DNA of 64,000 bases from an uncultured delta proteobacterium (GTDB lineage: Bacteria > Desulfobacterota > Binatia > Binatales > Binataceae). The notes below the pieces were generated by a model that saw only the letters and a program-made list of their open reading frames with translations, was not told the origin of the DNA and ran no database searches. Each line of letters opens with the position of its first letter. Position 1 is the first letter of the stretch. Positions 61,171 to 64,000 of this stretch are shown here, in pieces. The translations under genes were made by a program, and so were the position numbers. The DNA lies in assembly GCA_963842085.1 (NCBI GenBank), contig CAWJET010000002.1:1504001-1568000 (forward strand), in the 5' to 3' direction.

Positions 61171-62649
61171 ATGAACGCTGTAAGGTGGATGACTCTGAGG
61201 TTGGTACTCCTGTGCGGGGTTTTGTTTCTGACGGGCTGCTCGCCGACAGCCGAGCCTAAAGGCATCTGGGGCAAACTTTGGAAGATTGAAGTCGGGCCCG
61301 ATTACAAACGTCCAGAGGTCGCCCCGGCAGAAGAATTCCGCTCTCAGCTTGGTCCTTCGGAATCGGCTTCGCTCGCCGACTTGCCGTGGTGGAATGTCTT
61401 CAAAGACCAAGCCCTCCAGCAACTCATTGCCGAAGCGCTGGCACGGAACTATGACCTGCAACTTGCGGTCGCTCGGGTTGACCAGGCTAGCTCGATGGTC
61501 TGGGTAGCCGCCTCTCCGCTGTACCCGCATGCCGGCTATCAAGTGTTCGCAGGCCGTGAGAAGACCTTCGTTCCGCTGGAACAGGCAGGTGGAAATCTTA
61601 CCTTCAACGCCTTTGGAGGATTGCTTAACGCGGCCTGGGAGATCGACATCTGGGGCCGCATCCGGCGATCGACTGAGGCCGCGCGCGCGAATCTGTTCGC
61701 TCAAGAAGATGTCCGGCGCGGCGTGATGCTAACACTGGTAAGCGAAGTTGCGACCGGCTATTTCCGTCTGCGCGAACTGGATCGGGAGCTGGTTATCGCT
61801 CAAGATAGCTCGAACACTTACAAACAGACACTGGACCTGTTCACTCAGCGGTTTCAGTTTGGAAAGGACAGCAAGTTACCGGTAGCGCGTGCGCAGGCCT
61901 CCTACGACTTTAGCATCGCTAGCATCGCAAGCCTGAAGCGCGCCATTGTTCAACAGGAGAATGCGCTCAGTGTCCTTTTGGGTGTATACCCGCGAGACAT
62001 TGATCGGGGAGCTGATTTGACGGAGCAATTTATGCCAACCGCTCCGGTTGGGTTGACTACTGATTTGCTTCAACGCCGGCCTGATATAATGCAGGCGGAA
62101 CAAACCATGATCGGCGCCAATGCCGAGATCGGCGTCGCGGTGGCCAATTTCTTCCCCCGGATTGGCATCTCAGCCCTTTATGGGGGACAGAGCCCGAGCA
62201 TCGGCGATGTCTTCGAGTCAAGTTTCAGCATCTGGAACATCGCCGGGGGCTTCGCCGGTCCTCTTTTCCAAGGTGGCCAATTGATTGAGAGCTATTACGC
62301 GCAGCGAGCTTTCTGGAATGGGACAATCGCTCAATACCAGCAAACAATTCTTGTCGCGTTTCAGGGGGTGTCTGACGCCCTGATCGCACAGCAGACTCTG
62401 GTCGACCAACGAGCCGCTCAAACGCATCAGGTACAAGCCTTGAAAGAGGCTGTCGATCTGTCCCTCCTGCGTTACACGGCTGGACGCGCGAGCTACTTCG
62501 AAGTCCTGGAAGCTGAACAATTGCTCTTTCCGGCCGAAGACGCGCTCGCACAGACTCAACGTGATCAACTGCTTGCAGTCGTCGACCTGTACAAGGCGCT
62601 CGGTGGCGGATGGAACCTCAGCAATGCCGAGTGGAGCCACAAACAGTAA
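61171..62649 (+). CDS. Efflux outer-membrane lipoprotein (NodT/OprM family)
   Basis: Lipobox [28 protein letters not shown]. Confidence 0.93.
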   Translation: MNAVRWMTLRLVLLCGVLFLTGCSPTAEPKGIWGKLWKIEVGPDYKRPEVAPAEEFRSQLGPSESASLADLPWWNVFKDQALQQLIAEALARNYDLQLAVARVDQASSMVWVAASPLYPHAGYQVFAGREKTFVPLEQAGGNLTFNAFGGLLNAAWEIDIWGRIRRSTEAARANLFAQEDVRRGVMLTLVSEVATGYFRLRELDRELVIAQDSSNTYKQTLDLFTQRFQFGKDSKLPVARAQASYDFSIASIASLKRAIVQQENALSVLLGVYPRDIDRGADLTEQFMPTAPVGLTTDLLQRRPDIMQAEQTMIGANAEIGVAVANFFPRIGISALYGGQSPSIGDVFESSFSIWNIAGGFAGPLFQGGQLIESYYAQRAFWNGTIAQYQQTILVAFQGVSDALIAQQTLVDQRAAQTHQVQALKEAVDLSLLRYTAGRASYFEVLEAEQLLFPAEDALAQTQRDQLLAVVDLYKALGGGWNLSNAEWSHKQ

Positions 62650-62668
62650 TTTCTGGAGGCTGAATCCT

Positions 62669-62910
62669 TTGTCACAAACCTCGAAAGCCAAACTCCCTCA
62701 AAAGCTCCCGGCTACTCTTTCAAAGAATCGACCTGCGAAGCTCAAGCGCAAGGACTTCGAAAAGCGACTTGAGAAACTTCAGGCCGAGCTAGTAAAGCTT
62801 CAGTTGTGGGTTCAGCACAAGGGTCTGAAGGTCGTAGTGATCTTTGAGGGCCGTGACGCTGCCGGAAAGGGAGGCGTCATTAAAAGAATTTTGGATAGGG
62901 TTAGCCCTAG
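62669..62910 (+). pseudogene. ppk2: Polyphosphate kinase 2, 5' part interrupted by IS
   Basis: [32 protein letters not shown], then break at CTAG. Confidence 0.88.
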
Positions 62911-64000
62911 CAGGCTGTGGAAAAACGAGGAGTTTTCCGCTCGATCGGATATAGTGGAGTAGGAAGAGGTTGTAGGAGGAGGTGACGGTGATGCGTGGGG
63001 TGGACCATCAGCAGAGCGGAATGTTCAGTTACATATCGGCGGAGCGGCGAGTACCCAAGGATCATCCGTTGCGAGCGATTCGGGTAATGGTGGACGCCGC
63101 CCTTAAGGAGTCGTCGTGGCGCTTCGACGCGGTCTACGCGAACTGCGGGCGGCCGTCGATCGCGCCCGAAAAGCTGCTGCGGGCGCTGCTCTTGCAGGTG
63201 CTCTACACGGTGCGCAGTGAGCGACTTTTGATGGAGCAGCTCGATTACAACTTCCTGTTTCGCTGGTTTGTGGGGCTCAACATCGACGACCCAGTATGGG
63301 ACGTGACCGTCTTCACCAAGAACCGCGAGCGCTTGCTGGTGGCCGAGGTAGCGCAGGGCTTTTTCAACGCAGTGCTCGAGCAAGCGCGTGCCCAAGACCT
63401 GCTCTCCAACGAGCATTTTACCGTCGACGGCACCCTGATCGAGGCCTGGGCCGGACACAAGAGTTTCAAGCGCAAAGGAGACGACCAGCAAACCCCGCCC
63501 GATGATCCCGGTAACCCGAGCGTGGACTTCCATGGTGAGCGACGCACCAACGCCACGCACCAATCGACCACCGATCCCCAGGCACGGCTGGCCCGCAAAG
63601 GGTCGGGCAAAGAGGCCAAGCTCTGTTACGCCGGGCACGTGCAGATGGACAATCGCCATGGCTTGGTGGTCAACACCCGGCTGACTCAGGCCAGCGGCAG
63701 CGCCGAACCCGAGGCGGCCCTCGCGATGGCGGCCCAGATCGCGGGCCAGCATCGAGTCACGCTGGGCGCCGATAAGGGTTACGATCAGAAGGAATTGGTG
63801 CGTGAGTTGCGCGCGCATCAGGTTACTCCGCACGTCGCGCGCAAAGTGCACAGCGCCATCGACCACCGCACAACTCGCCATCCGGGTTACGCCATCAGTC
63901 AGATCAAGCGCAAACGGGTGGAAGAGATCTTCGGTTGGATGAAGACCATCGGCGGCTTGCGCAAAACCCGGCATCGGGGTGCCGCCCGGGTCGGTTGGGT
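62911..64000 (+). mobile_element. IS5-family insertion sequence (right end outside window)
   Basis: Begins CAGGCTGTGGAAAAAC immediately after CTAG; carries the transposase below. Confidence 0.88.
62991..64000 (+). CDS. IS5 family transposase (partial)
   Basis: MRGVDHQQSGMFSY..VPKDHPLRAIR..GRPSIAPEKLLRA..FTVDGTLIEAWA..TLGADKGYD..RKRVEEIFGW. Confidence 0.93.
   Translation, partial: MRGVDHQQSGMFSYISAERRVPKDHPLRAIRVMVDAALKESSWRFDAVYANCGRPSIAPEKLLRALLLQVLYTVRSERLLMEQLDYNFLFRWFVGLNIDDPVWDVTVFTKNRERLLVAEVAQGFFNAVLEQARAQDLLSNEHFTVDGTLIEAWAGHKSFKRKGDDQQTPPDDPGNPSVDFHGERRTNATHQSTTDPQARLARKGSGKEAKLCYAGHVQMDNRHGLVVNTRLTQASGSAEPEAALAMAAQIAGQHRVTLGADKGYDQKELVRELRAHQVTPHVARKVHSAIDHRTTRHPGYAISQIKRKRVEEIFGWMKTIGGLRKTRHRGAARVGW

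Noticed and set aside
62907-63974. 355-aa minus-strand ORF
   Set aside because: Antisense to the IS5 transposase, which carries the recognisable motifs

Overview
GC-rich bacterial window, about 55 coding regions or remnants; no rRNA, tRNA or CRISPR array seen. Gene content suggests a soil or peat organism such as Candidatus Binatota (inference only). In order: S53 sedolisin protease (runs off the left edge), acyl-CoA dehydrogenase, ROK kinase + GH38 mannosidase, site-2 protease, an orphan six-Cys bufferin-like (BufA2) precursor, and a decaying steroid-catabolism cluster (broken hsaD-, kshB-, delta4-KSTD- and kshA-like genes). Next, two divergent sigma54-type promoters separate a degenerate receiver-hemerythrin gene from pcm-erythromycin-esterase / unknown 'WTDAFG' protein / a complete N-ATPase operon (atpDCQRBEFAG) whose c subunit looks H+-type. 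Then crotonases, NhaP, UppP, an LssY-C / lipase lipoprotein / DUF4105 group interleaved with three scars of one cyclase-TPR C-terminus, a sigma54-led phaE-like/phaC/WS-DGAT operon, amide hydrolases, an IS21 end, a head-to-head junction of truncated arylsulfatase and rbbA, ABC permease + NodT, and ppk2 interrupted by an IS5 element at CTAG. Best candidates for undescribed biology: the N-ATPase module, the PHA/wax-ester operon, the orphan bufferin and the cyclase-tail scars. All family calls come from motif recognition by eye, not database searches.
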